DNA of 64,000 bases from Octopus vulgaris (GCA_951406725.2 OX597825.1:69688001-69752000); one strand, 5' to 3'. Shown: positions 45,131-59,315, counted from the stretch's first letter. Numbers and translations: made by a program. Notes: generated by a model from the sequence alone, not told the origin.

Positions 45131-46882
45131 GAGGTTATATGTCCGATTAGGTGAGGGGGTGAGGAGACAGGAAATAAAACTGTATCAATAGCAAGACACA
45201 CTGCATCCGATGCTGTGTATGATTAACACTGAAGCTGATTTGATTTGGGACAAAATCTTTGTAAGCTTACATAAGCTATCTAATCGAAACCTATACAATC
45301 AAAGCTCCAACCACCGCGATGCCAATCAGTGGTTCTCTTCATCCACTACCCGATCGATCACCATTGGACTTTAGCAAAGCATGCTTTGTTTGAAGCATTA
45401 AGGGGCAGGCGACCAGCCCAACGATAACTTCTGCAGAGAATCATCGGCAAACCTGAAAAGGCTGAGGAACGTTATACTTCCCAAGTGCAAGACATTTATT
45501 ATTGTTCGAGAAGTGCCATTTTATATCGTTTTCTCTATTAGCAATGACACCAATGTCGTTGCTTATATTAGTTTATCTGAAGTTAATCCCGATCGAATAA
45601 AATCCAGAAGACTATAACATCCTTGTTGGGAAATATCATGCATTTTAAAGATAATCTAGGACTACGTCATCTTATACATCCTTTCGTTATATAAGATGTC
45701 AGGTGAGATGTGGAGTAGGATATTTGGTGGTTATTTCTAGCAGCCTGACACATCTTTTAGTGACGCTCTCGTTGACTCGTCGCTCCAAGATACAAACGCT
45801 GTGCGTTCCGTTACTTTCTATTCTTGAGTCCAATTAGGCTGCAGAGAATTCCATTACCTAAACATTTTATAGAAACATAAAATAATGATTAATTAAGCAT
45901 TGATCTAATACGAGAATCGATGTTGTTACGGGTAGCACAAGGTTTAACAGCCAAACGTCATAGAAATCATGCACCACAGCCTTAAATGCGATAATACATA
46001 TTGGACAGCAATACCAGAGATATAAAATATCTCAGAAAAAAATTGGGGATTGTCATTGACGGAAAGCCTTTGATCATATGTCTGTATATCTGCTCACTTA
46101 ACGAGTTTTGAAATTACCGAAGGAGAAGAACACTGCAGTAAGCACGTACAGAGAAGCGGTCTGAGAACTTGGGTGTTCAGAATTACGACGTTGGACAATA
46201 TATAACTCAGATGATAACGCACGAAGAGTTACTTCTTTCATTGAATTTTTAGCTTTCTTGTTCAAACGTCCATCCTTACTTTCACTACTTTTAAAGATTT
46301 ATATATATCTACTAAACAACGTTCACGATCCTGTTCAACAGTGAAAGATATCTTTATACGATGCATGCTTTCTCGAAATGCTTTATTGCAAATATATCAC
46401 ACTATGTAGAGAAAACTCTATATATAACACGATGGATTTGTATAGATCAAGTGATATTATTTCTAACGCATGTGAATAGCTTTTTTTCTGTCTGTCTATC
46501 CATCTATCCATTTAGATTTGAACTGTATCTTTACAATGTTCACTCATCTGGAGGTGAATTGTCTGTAAGTTTAAGACGATATGCATTCGTATATGCACAT
46601 TGTCGTGCGAAAAACTTCTTACTTTGTTTTCCAGCGAAGATCCGCATTGAATTCTGAAATTGCAATAACCTTCAATGGATATAATATTGAAAATGGCATA
46701 CAATTCGACTGATAGAATTTTGAGAATAGCTTTCAGAGGAAATACGTGATTTTCTACTTGATATGCAGAGAAATTCATTGCCTGTGATTATGAAATATGT
46801 GTGTGTCGAGCATACATCCGATCACATACAAATTCACACCGATGTACACATAATGATACACATACACACGGACACACGCAAA

Positions 46883-46913
<31 letters not shown>

Positions 46914-47559
46914 GACGTCGTGATATTCGACTCGTCACATTTGACATAATTCAATTGTAAATGTGTTACATATATGCTGAGACTTACATGTAACTTAATG
47001 GAAGTGCTAACGTTTCTGCAAGAACAAAGCAATATCGATTTTTTTCTCATAGGATTTAAGTGACGCCTAACACCAAATCATTTAATGGAGAATCCGAGAC
47101 TATCAGAGAATAATGAGCAAAGACCTCATTCAAATGTGTGCAGTCGAATGGATACAATTAATGCGATCTTAGAGCGAAGGAGGGGTTTTAAACCGGGTGA
47201 TGGATTAAACATGCAACCACTAACAGATATATAATTATTAAAGACATTATTGTTAGAATTCCTCTACCACGGCTCTACAACCGGTATTGGTTTGTTTATA
47301 GCGTTGTAACATAGTGATTAGGCTAAGAGGGACAGATACATAAGTATCAGATTGACAAAATCACATTACGGTGGTGCCCCGATATCTCCACAGTCCAATT
47401 ACTCAAACAATTAATGAATGATGTTTTATGAGGAAACCGAAATTCCTGCTGAGTTATAATATTTGCAAAGTAAGAATGTATTAAAACAACGACTGCAATA
47501 ACAGATACCTCTGTTACTCATAACTAAGGCATTCGTTGGTTTAATACGTGTGCGATTTA

Positions 47560-47770
47560 AGATGGCGAGCTATCAGAATTGCTAGCAAGCCGGGCTAAAT
47601 ATTTAGTGGCACTCCGTCCGCCTTCATGTTCTGAGTTCAAATCCACCGAGCTCGGCTTTGCCTTTCGTCCCTTCACGGTCGATAAAAATAATTTCGAGTT
47701 CAGCATTTAGTCGGTGTAATCGAGTTACTCCCTCCAGCGAAGTTGCAACATTGTGCTAAATTATGAAATC
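47560..47770 (+). mobile_element. Decayed SINE B
   Basis: 'gatggcgagctatcagaa...gagttcaaatccaccgag'. Confidence 0.65.
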
Positions 47771-48374
47771 GATGTATGTATGTGTTTGTGCATGTGTATG
47801 TGTATACGTGTTATGTGTGTGTGTGTGTAAGTATGTATGTACTGACTTTCGTTTGACACTTTTGAGGTAAGGCTTAAGGTTGAAGGGTTCAAGGGTTCGC
47901 CAGAAATTATAATTATTTTAAGGATCTAAGCTTCAAAATTGCAACCGGGGATAATCATAAGAAACTCACCATTTCACTTGTATTTCTGAACATAAATAAT
48001 TCCCTGGCCTTTCCTTCCGGAAAGCCCAGCTACTCAACCCATTACATATAATAATCTCTAACCATCTACATGATATCTTTACATGTATTGGCAACTAATG
48101 TTTCTTTATGCTTTCCTAAGATCTCTTCTAGCGAAGCTACACCACATAAGCGTATACATGTTATAATTATGCATTAGTTTGTAAAAAATTCCCGTATAAG
48201 ATGTGTAAAAGCACAGTATTACACATACATAGAAGAAAACACGAAACACATCATGGTTTAATCCACAGTGTAACCACAAATGTTATATCCATAGAGCTGA
48301 AATATATTTTACATTGTTATAAAATCATCTGATGACACTAGATACATAGTTTTTCCTCATTTTTTTCGACCACT

Positions 48375-49015
48375 ATGTTCTGTGAGGGCCATGGAGACAG
48401 AGTACTCGAGAACGTGTTCCGTCAAGACCTATCAGCTGTAACCGTTTTGAAATTGATCCGGATGGATCCCCAAACGAGACACACAGAGCTCTTGGATGTT
48501 ATTCTACCATCTTTATCATGATCTATCCCAGGTTCCCCTGCAGACTGGTTTTACCCGTAAAACCTCACCCGCGATACTTTCTCAATACGTTCTTACCACA
48601 TGTCCGTAGTATCGGAGCTGGGGTTTCTCAATTAGAAGAAGTTACCCTTTTTGAAAATTGGGATTACCATTTGCGCTTGCCACTGCTTAGGAGCCTTTCC
48701 AGAGATTCAGATCGCCTGTCAAAGAACCAGCCTCGGTGATGTTAGTCATCGTTCCCAGATGCACTTCGAATTCACCAGATGATGTGGTTGTGACATTTTA
48801 GGAGATCAGTAAATTATTTTCTCCAGCTCAGGAGGGTTCACCCCAGACGAATTCCTGGTAGTAAGCGTGGAAGGAACCTTCTTATTACAAAGTTGGCGGG
48901 CAATCTGCCAGAATACTCTGTCTGTTGATCTAAAGTCAAAACTGAGATTAATCTATAACGCCCTCCCATGACTAAACCTTGTACATCTTTACTGCTGCGG
49001 CTGCGGCATTTCACA
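48375..49015 (-). pseudogene. Internally deleted RTE-clade LINE remnant
   Basis: Minus-strand peptides DFRSTDRVFWQIARQL, SGKAPKQWQAQMVIPIFKKG, IEKPQLRYYGHVVR; the RT core between the last two motifs is missing. Confidence 0.7.
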
Positions 49016-49299
49016 ACTGCTTTCCCTCATCGAATCGAATCGCATCGCACTTAAATATTGATCCTCACCTCAATTTTTATCCATTTTTTGTTCTATCCAC
49101 TTAAATGAATATTCATTTTGCTGCAAATGTATTTCTAAGTGTATGTTCTAAAATAATTATTTACAGCACAAATTGTAACAACTTTCACTGTTTCTAAATC
49201 ATAAATCACTTTAACTCCATTTAAATCACACTGCAGTAAGCATTATTACACATTTGACAGTCAACGATTGAGCAACGTTGTTACATTATTTCAGCGCCT

Positions 49300-49742
49300 T
49301 AAGGAGGCGAGCTGGCAGAAACGTTAGCACGCCGGACGAAATGATTTGTGGTATTTAGTCTGCTGCTACGTTCTGCGTTCAAATTCCGCCGAGGTCGACT
49401 TTGCCTTTCATCGTTTCTGGGTTGATAAATGAAGTACCAGTTACGCACTGGGGTCGATATAATCGACTTAATCCGTTTGTTTGTCCTTGTTTGTCCCCTC
49501 TGCGTGTAGCCCCTTGTGGGTAGTAAAGAAATAAGAAATGTTAACACGCCGGCGAAGTGTTTAGCAGTATTTCATCTGTCTTTACGTTCTGTGTTCAAAT
49601 TCAGATTCTGCCGAGGTCGAATTTGTCTTTCGTCCTCTCGGGGTCGATAAATTAAGTATCAGTTGCGTACAGGGGTCGAGCTAATCGACTGGACCCCATC
49701 CTCCGAAATTTCGAGCCTTTTGTCTAGAGTAGAAAACAATAT
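49300..49742 (+). mobile_element. Two head-to-tail SINE B copies with different tails
   Basis: First ends 'gtgggtagtaaagaaat', second ends 'tttcgagccttttgtctagagtagaaaac'. Confidence 0.8.
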
Positions 49743-50554
49743 TCAATGAGGTTAATTTCCAAACTACAGTTTAACTATGACGTAGTTGATGATGAACTCT
49801 CATTTCAGTTTTGATGTGTTGAGGTCCAGTCATCCCTTCAACAACACAACTTAGCGTTAAATTAGTGGTCGAGTATTCCACGTACAATATCCCTTTAACT
49901 TACTTCCCTGTGAGAATCACCCTAATTCAATTTGTAGTAAAAATGGACCTTGGAATTACAAGTGCAGTCAATGCGCTGGGTTTCCATGCCTTTTTTCACG
50001 TCTACGTAAATTTGCTCACAGGGCTTGGGTCGATCTGACACAATTGCAGAAGCACGTGCAAGAAGTGTCATGCATTGGGAGTGAAATCTGAAGCCCGTGA
50101 TAGCCAAGTGAATTTTTCAACAATTCAGTCATGCAATCTGTGCCGCACGAAGCAATTAACCACGTTTTACACAAGTGATTTCTTTCAAACAAAATTGTTT
50201 TCTGAATAATTAAACATATCACACATCACGTTAACATGTTTGATATTTTAAATAGGCTCGTTTTGCTTATCATAACAGCTATATCGCTCGCTGATAACAC
50301 CAAAATATCTTTCTTTCCTTCTTTCCTTCCTTCCTTCTGACTTCACCCCTAATAATGATCAAATGCTTACCGTGATTCTTTCCATCATTAATATTCAATT
50401 CCTAATGTTTATCAACACATAAATAATAATGGTTAATAATTCCTTTAAAATGCTGAAATTTGCCAAATAAAAGTTATAGAAAAGTGTAATTCTGGACAGA
50501 TATTTCTAATTTCAGTATCTATCTATCTATCTATCTACCTACCTACCTTCCTTG

Positions 50555-50642
<88 letters not shown>

Positions 50643-50659
50643 CCTACCTACCTTCCTTG

Positions 50660-50716
<57 letters not shown>

Positions 50717-50741
50717 ATAGCTAACTGGTTGTGTGTGTGTA

Positions 50742-50779
<38 letters not shown>

Positions 50780-50780
<1 letters not shown>

Positions 50781-51182
50781 TTTTCTTTTATTCTTTTAAT
50801 TGTTTCAGTCATTTGACTGCGGCCTTGCTGGAGCACCGCATTTAGTCGATTAAATCGTCTCTAGGATTTATTCTTTGTAAGCTTAGTACTTATTCTATCG
50901 ATCACTTTTCCTTAACCGCTAGGTTACAGGGACGTAAGCACACAAGTATCGGTTGTCGAGCGATGGTGGGGGGGGGGGACGAACACAGATACACATACAC
51001 ACTCATATACATATATATACGCCGAGTTTCTTTCAGTTTCCGTCCACCCAATCCAATCACAAGGCCTGGTCGGCCGGAGGCTGTAGTAGAAGACACTTGC
51101 CCTAGATGCCACGCAGTATGACTGAACCAGGAAACATGGGGTTTGGTTGCAAGCTACTTACGGCACAGCCACTGCTGCGCCT
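50780..51182 (-). mobile_element. SINE A
   Basis: Reverse-complement match to 1485-1920. Confidence 0.85.
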
Positions 51183-51241
51183 GTATTTATATTTATATAT
51201 ATTTTTATAAATACATATATTTATAAACATATATTTATATT

Positions 51242-51295
<54 letters not shown>

Positions 51296-51329
51296 CATAC
51301 ATATATATATTTATTTATTTATTTATACG

Positions 51330-51834
51330 TAGGGTGTCATTCCTAGAACACGGTGGTGGGCCTTGAATAACTTCATCAATGCTATTATCCTCTTCCGTCA
51401 TACATCGGCGAAATATATATATATGTATATATATACACCAACAATTAGACACACTCACACACAAACACACACACACACAACATACACACGTATACACACA
51501 CAGTCAACACACGTAGACTCAAACACACAGACAACACAACACACACATACACTCACACACAGTCAACACACATGTAGACACAGACACATACACACACGAA
51601 TGCACACACACGCATGCACACACACGCATGTACACACACATACACATAATATACATATGTCGGTGTGTGTGAGTGTGTACAGTTGGTTTTCGGTCTAATA
51701 CATTCTGCTAACAAAACATTGGTCATCTGGAGGTGAGAAGTGAGAAGCAGTTTCCAAAGTTCATAGTACCAAGATTGGGTCCTGAACTACGCGTCTACGA
51801 AACTGTGTCACCGTGTTCTAGGAATGATGCCCTA
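51330..51834. repeat. 26-bp inverted repeat pair, possible MITE termini
   Basis: 'tagggtgtcattcctagaacacggtg' (51330-51355) / 'caccgtgttctaggaatgatgcccta' (51809-51834). Confidence 0.55.
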
Positions 51835-52949
51835 AAGGCAATGGTTGTTGCATTTCGATGCTGGTGCCGAGCGGTGCTGATGTCACGTGGTGCTGGTGTC
51901 ACGTAACGCTAATTCCACGCGGTGATGGTGCCACATAACGATAGCCTTTATTCACTACCCTCTCGCAGAATCAATTGCGGACAACAAAGGGAAATAATTA
52001 ACGCTTAGTAGGGTAGAAAATAGAGCCAAAAAGACTTGGCTTATTTCCATGCATCACTTTATACTACGAGTTCAAATCCCACTTCATTCTACAAGTTCAA
52101 ATTCCCTCAGAAACCTACTTTGTCCTTACATCTTTCCGGAATTTCAAAATCAACAAAGTGATGACGTCAATACAATATATTAAATTTTCTTTCAAAGGCT
52201 GCTGTTAGTATATATCAAAGTTAGAATAAAGCATTATAAACTAAAACCTCAAAACTGCCATCGTATCAGGTCTGTGAATAAGAAAATATTAATCTATTCT
52301 GAAATGATCTTTGAAGAATTCGGTTCAACACTGATTTAATATTCCTTTGTTCCTAACATGATTATTTTCCGTTTTGGACCATTCTTATTTAGGCACTTAT
52401 ATACTTTGGCGAAAGTTTTGATGTTGAAAGATTAAAAGGTGCAGAATTATTTATTAATGTGCGCTTGGGGTTGCCATATTTACTATCAAGGTTCACTTAA
52501 CGAAATATCTATAAACAGTTCAGAAAAAACTGCTGTATTGCCATTAATTTATTACATCTTAAAATTTATTTTATTGTTTTATTTCAATTTTTTTACTGGT
52601 ATCAATCTTTGCACTGGTGCCATGTTGGCACTTAGCCTTCAAGAGTTTTAGTAACTTGTATTAACACTTGTGATTGTGTTAGGTACTTAGTGCTTTTTCT
52701 CTATTTAAATGGTGGTTAAGTACAACTCGGTGTAATGCGGTAGAATAAAATAGGAATTAATTTTCGTTAGACAAGCTGACTCATCACCAAGCCCTTACCA
52801 AATGCTACACTCATACATGCCTACATAAGTGTGTATGTGTGTGTGTGCGTGTGCACACACTCACACACACTCAGTCAGATATATGCACACAATATGTGTG
52901 TATGTGCGCGCGTGTAAGTAAGTATTTATATATGTATGCATATATGCAT

Positions 52950-53242
52950 GTCACTGTGATCACCGTGACCGACCAGGCTATCAGATGTTGCTACACATCG
53001 CTGGTCACAATGCGCGTCGCATTGTTTTAGCCTTCAAATGACGCCACCCCGCTAGCTAAGCGAGCAGGCCAACAGGAAAAAGAGGGAGGGAAAGTTGTGG
53101 TGAAAGAGTACAGCAGGGATCACCACCACACCCTGCCGTAGCCTCGTGAAGCTTTAGGTGTTTTAGCTCAATAAACACTCACAACGCCCGGTCTGGGAAT
53201 CAAAACTGCGATCCTACGACCGCGAGTCCGCTGCCCTAACCA
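52950..53242 (-). mobile_element. tRNA-derived SINE family C, tail variant 2
   Basis: Head and body near-identical to 62505-62686, followed by an unrelated tail. Confidence 0.8.
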
Positions 53243-53299
53243 CTGGGTCATTGCGCTTCCACTATATGCATGTAAATATAAATATACATGTATGAAAGA

Positions 53300-54096
53300 A
53301 TGAATGTTTGTAGGCCATTTTACTCTTTGATATAGAGTTAATCTTGACTAACTACCAGTTAGTTTGTGATGGAGAAAATACTATTTTGTTCATCAGCTTT
53401 TAAATCTTAATGTCTTACAGAATTTTAACGCATCTCCCATCGTGATCATTTGAAATACACGAACTAAGGAGCTGTGTCCTCTCCTACAAAACCAGGATTC
53501 AGTCATACTTTGCTCCTGACGGGTTGGGACGTATCCTATGTTTCCATAATAATAGGTACGAAACTGTAAGTGTAACTTGGGTACCAGATTTGTAAACAAT
53601 GATCCATAATTGCCATCTTTCTGCTGTACTTTTCTCACCATATTGGTCTCTAGAGGGCAGTTGATATCCACACAACAATATCTGGCCAGTGTTGTTTTAA
53701 TTTGGTGGCAGTTTTAATTTTCAATTTCTTTTGACCCACCGGTCAACTTGGTGGTGGTTTTAATTTTCAATTTCTTTTGACCCACCGGCCTAAATACAAT
53801 CAACCTCGTTTGGTTGTTTTTTTTCTTATCCTGTGACTGTTCTGGCCACTACATCATGCCTTGTGGGAAGATAATATCGGGAACCTGACAATAATATGGC
53901 TGATGTCTTAAGTCTTAGTTTTGGACAGCCTACATCTGTTGTTTGTCAATGGTTTCTGATTTTTATAGTGTAGGTATTTGGTGCAGATCTCTTGTTTTGA
54001 ATTGCATGGAGGTAGCCTTCGAAGTGGGATGTAATAAACTTGACACTATTCCATGCCAAGCTGTTGATGTGATCAATTCCTTCGATGGCTTGTGTT
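53300..54096 (-). pseudogene. RLE non-LTR retrotransposon 3' fragment
   Basis: FEGYLHAIQ, RCRLS..HIIV (decayed CCHC), YLPTRHDVVAR, PD, DINCPLETN..KDGNYGSL; adjacent (TATG)n. Confidence 0.75.
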
Positions 54097-54232
54097 ATGT
54101 ATGTATGTATGTATGTATGTATGTATGTATGTATGTAGGTAGGTAGGTAGGTAGGCATGTATGTATGTGTGTGTGTATGTATGTATGTATGTATGCAGGC
54201 AGGTAGGTAAGTACGTACGTAAGTACGTATGT

Positions 54233-54463
54233 GTGTTCTCTTCTGCTTTTAAATATTTAAATTCTTCCTTTAAGGAAAGAATCATTTTCAGACAAAGATA
54301 CAAAGCCCCATCGTCGAAATATAGATAACAGAAATTTGTCACTTTGTAGACTAAAGAAAAGATTTGCCTATTTTTACTGTTCAACTGACAGACTGTATTT
54401 CTAAGGTGCGAGGCAATCAGCTGATTTCTTTTTCTGAAAATCCAAGCTTATCCAAACAGGCAG
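54233..54463 (-). pseudogene. Short RLE retrotransposon 3' end between (TATG)n tracts
   Basis: CLDKLGFSEKEI..LEIQSV; terminus 'ggaagaatttaaatatttaaaagcagaagaga' matches 25599-25631. Confidence 0.65.
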
Positions 54464-55407
54464 TGTATGTATGTATGTATGTATGTATGTATGTATGTAT
54501 GTATGTATGTATGTATGTTTGTATGTATGTATGTATGTATGTATGTATGTATGTATGTATGTATATATGTGTGTATGTATGCTGGTGTATATCTATGCAT
54601 CTATGTATATGCAGAACACTTTCCCAGCGCAGAGTTCTCCTATGAGCATTTGTTCTTTAGGTATTGGCCGGTTAACCTTTAACCCGAGTCCATAATAAAA
54701 AAAACCACGCATGACGAAAAGTAGAATTAAATCTAGAACTCGGTGGTTGCGAGGTTAATCTTTAAACAATACAAACCTTCCTGTATCTCAGGATTTTCAA
54801 CTAGAAATAAATTATATACTCTAATCACCATTTTCACGCAGAAGAAGAACAGCAGGCCTACAATTCATTCGCCTTTCACAGCAACAAGCCGCTAGGTCTA
54901 CGAGTCATTTTTCATTTATAGCAACAAATTGAAATACAATTTATCATTTTCTGCAGTGCCCTTATACTATCTTGCTACCATATATTACATTTTGCAACGG
55001 AAACCAGTGATTGTTATGCTGTCGTGTTATTTATGATATATTTATTATTAAGAAATTTATTTTGCTACTTTCGCTTTCTTACCTAATTTAAATGAAAATA
55101 CATTCTGAAATAAATGGGAATGAAAGTCAGCCTAAAGAGAACTGTGGTTATGCAGATAAAACGATCGTTTCCTAATTATATGTAGCCGCAGGCCCACCAG
55201 TGCTATGTGGGTGGATTTGGTTGGCGAAAACTGAAAGATGTCGGTGGTATATACACATATATGCATTTATGGATATGTGTATATTTGAACGCACAGGAAG
55301 AGAGTACGAACTGGTATCTTGTACCATTTTGCCCAACACTCTCTCGATGCTGTTGATTCGCCTGATTGATGGTAATGTGCTTATTAAATAATCTCTTTTC
55401 CAAAATT

Positions 55408-55655
55408 CTGTTGTGTCTGGGGAGAGTCATTTTCTTTTTGTGCCTTATAATTTAACATACTCACCGGTAAAATTTCCACTTATTTATATTTTCGTAAATT
55501 TTCGTTGCGTCTTGCAACATTTTCAATAGTCTTAACACTGTCCGTTAAATTATAAGGCACAAAAAGAAAATGACTCTCCCCAGATACAACAGAATATGCT
55601 TCAACACACGAACTCAGACAAAAAATCTTGCCAACCAAATCCAAAAACGAAATAT
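55408..55655. mobile_element. Palindromic element with a U3-A8 hammerhead-like motif on the minus strand (55495-55529)
   Basis: Arms 55408-55458 / 55545-55592; minus strand CTA-TTGAAAA-T-GTTGC-aagac-GCAAC-GAAA-ATTT. Confidence 0.6.
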
Positions 55656-55744
55656 AATAAGCGTTTACAAAATATTTTATGTATGTTGTGAGGTGGCAAA
55701 AACGTGAACGAAACAGAGGGAGATAAAACAGTTCTCAATCCTAT

Positions 55745-56348
55745 TTTCTTATTTCTTTATTGCCCACCAGGGGTTAAAATTAGAGGGGAACAAACAAGGA
55801 CAGAAAAACGGATTAAGCCGATTACATCAATCCCAGTGCGTAACTGGTACTTAATTTATCGACCCCGAAAGGATGAAAGGCAAAGTAGACCTCGGCGGAA
55901 TTTGAACTCAGAACGTAAAGACAGACGAAATACCTATTTCTATTTCTTTACTACCCACAAGGGGCTACACACAGAGAGGACAAACAAGGTCAGACAAACG
56001 GATTATATCGACCCCAGTGCGTAACTGGAACTTAATTTATCGACCCCGAAAGGATGAAAAGCAAAGTCGACCTGGGCGGAATTTGAACTCAGAACGTTGC
56101 GGCAGGCGAAATACCTATTTCTTTACTACCCACAAGGGGCTAAACACAGAGAGGACAAACAAGGACAGACAAACGGATTAAGTCGATTACATCGACCCCA
56201 GTACGTAACTGCTACTTAATTTATCGACCCCGAAAGGATGAAAGGCAAAGTCGACCTCGGCGGAATTTGAACTCAGAACGTAACGACAGACAAAATGCGG
56301 CTACGCACTTCGCCCGGCTTGCTAACGTTTCTGCCAGCTTGCCGCCTT
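55745..56348 (-). mobile_element. Tandem trimer of SINE B
   Basis: One full copy (56108-56348) plus two 5'-truncated copies joined at 'gaaataggtatttcg'. Confidence 0.85.
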
Positions 56349-56496
56349 ATCAGATTTTCTGTTGGCGATATACATGGAAACTAACAAAGCAATAATACTA
56401 CACATCACTCGTATATGATCTAAAAATTTTTAGGCTGGCATTACATGTGTAGTAATATTTAATATTAAAAAAATAGGTGAATATATCAGTTATATT

Positions 56497-56696
56497 ACTC
56501 TTTACTCTTTTACTCTTATATTATTTTCAGTCATGTTACTGTGGCCATGCTGGAGCACCGCCTTTTGTCGAGTAAATCGACCCCAGAACTTATTCTATCG
56601 GTCCCTTTTACCGAACCGCTATGTTACGGGGACGTTGTCAAGTTGATGTTGGTGGTACAAAAACAGACACACAAACATGCACACACACACTCATAC

Positions 56697-56786
<90 letters not shown>

Positions 56787-56935
56787 TATATCGGGCTTCT
56801 TTCAGTTTCCGTCTACCAAATCCACTCAAAAGGCTTTGGTCAGCCCGAGGCTATGGTAGAAGGCACTTACCCAAGGTGCCACGCATTGGGACTGACCCCG
56901 GATTCATGTGGTTCGTAAGCAAGCTACTTACCACT
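56497..56935 (-). mobile_element. SINE A
   Basis: Reverse-complement match including the (AAGAGTA)n tail. Confidence 0.85.
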
Positions 56936-57503
56936 GGTTACATTAGAAGAGTTACTCTTTCAGTAACAAATTAACTAGTGCATCTATTATATTTTCAGTG
57001 ACACTATAGCTAGCAGTCTTCTTTGAAAGTATGTATCACCTACACAATACATCGAAACGATGGAACCTGTAAATTTTTCACAAATTATCACCTGCTTCCA
57101 TTTTGATTTCATTTACATTTAACGTGTGTAATACGTAAAGTAATCTGTCACTGTCACCTTTTTGTTCTCTATCAGCAGCAATTAGAAGATGAGTATGTCT
57201 TATTGCTGAAGCTCTTAACAGAGAGCACTACAAGAACAATAAAAAAACACAACCAAAATCAAATTAGATTCCCCCCCCCCCAAAAAAAAACAATAGCAAA
57301 AACAATGTTTAATAATGCAGAATAATAATATAGAAGGATTAATAATGAGATTTTTAGGAAAAATGTTTGCATCAGTGTAGTTATTTCCTATTAGTGACAT
57401 CCCGTAATGCTAAAATGATAAATATATAATTTGCGTGAGATGTCTCCGATACATTTGTAGAGAGCGTGTGTGCGTGAATGTGTGCGTACGAATATATATA
57501 TAC

Positions 57504-57554
<51 letters not shown>

Positions 57555-57714
57555 TATATACATATATATATACATATATATATAAGTTTAACAATTAAGG
57601 ATAATCTCTTAATAAGGGATCTTAACAAGAAATTATCGGGTAGCTAGCGTGAAAACCTCATAAAAGAAAAGAATCCGAAAATAATTTTTTTCTTTTGAAC
57701 AAATTAATTATATC

Positions 57715-58110
<396 letters not shown>

Positions 58111-58119
58111 TATATATAC

Positions 58120-58152
<33 letters not shown>

Positions 58153-58165
58153 CATATATATATAC

Positions 58166-58237
<72 letters not shown>

Positions 58238-58240
<3 letters not shown>

Positions 58241-58420
58241 TTGTGTCTGGGAAGAGTTTCTTATTTCTTTTCTAAAATTTTCGTTACGTCGTGCAACCGG
58301 TCAGTTATTTACATTGTAACGTACAAAAAGAAAATGACTCTCCCCAGACACAACAGAATATGCTTCAACACACGAACTCTTATAAAGAATCTTGCAAACC
58401 AAATCCAAAACCGAAATATA
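58238..58420. mobile_element. Third copy of the 55408 palindromic family
   Basis: 'caaaaagaaaatgactctccccagacacaacagaatatgcttcaacacacgaactc' shared; partial inverted arm. Confidence 0.75.
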
Positions 58421-58459
58421 CATATATATATACATACACACACACACACACATATATAA

Positions 58460-58705
58460 ATATAAAATATAATATAAATACATGCATATATACATGCGTA
58501 TATATACATACCTACAGATATATGTATATATACATGCATATATGGGTACAGGACATCAAAAAAAAACGTTGAACACAGTGAGAAACGAAAACATAAAAAC
58601 AAAAACATAGAAAACGAACATTTTCTTTTTCGAACAACGAAATAAACAAACAGAGAAACGGGACCTGAAACATAAAGAATATTCCCCTTCATCAGTTGTC
58701 CCAAG
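58460..58705 (-). repeat. (TA)n-associated repeat family, also present as a palindrome at 60465-60700
   Basis: 'tacatgcatatatgggtacaggac' and 'gaaacgaaaacataaaaacaaaaacat' shared. Confidence 0.7.
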
Positions 58706-58724
58706 AGTGAAAACAATGATAATT

Positions 58725-59315
58725 ATCCTTTCTAGTATAGGCACAAGGCCTGAAATTTTGGGAGAGGGTGCTAGTCAATAACATCGACTCTAGTATTCAA
58801 ATACTACTTATTTTCTCGACATCAAAAGGATGGAAGATAAAGTCGACCGCGGCAGAATTTGAATTCAGTTCGTAAGAACGGACGCATTTTGTCCGGCATT
58901 CTAACGATCCTGCCAGCTCGCCGCCTTAATAGTAATGATAGTAAATAATAGTTATTTCTACTACAGACACAAGGACTGAAATTTTGTTGGAGAGGGCTAA
59001 ACGATTGCATCAACCCCACTGTTCAAATGGCATTTAATTTATCGATCCCGAAAGGATGAAAGGCAAAGTCGACCTCGGTGGAATTTGAAACGAAATACCT
59101 ATTTCTTTACTACTCACAAGAGGCTAAACACAGAGGGGACAAACAAGGACAGACACACGGATTGAGTCGATGACATCAACCCCACTGTTCAAATGGCATT
59201 TAATTTATCGATCCCGAAATGATGAAAGGCAAAGTCGACCTCGGTGGAATTTGAAGCGAAATACCACTAAGCATTTTACCCGGCTTGGTAACGACTCTGC
59301 CAGCACGCTGCCTTA
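58725..59315 (-). mobile_element. Cluster of SINE B copies, including a tandem dimer
   Basis: Repeated 'gatgaaaggcaaagtcgacctcggtggaatttgaa'. Confidence 0.8.

Noticed and set aside
58660-58702. CTGATGA-AGGGGAATATTCTTT on the minus strand as a hammerhead
   Set aside because: No GAAA or cleavage triplet follows the hairpin.
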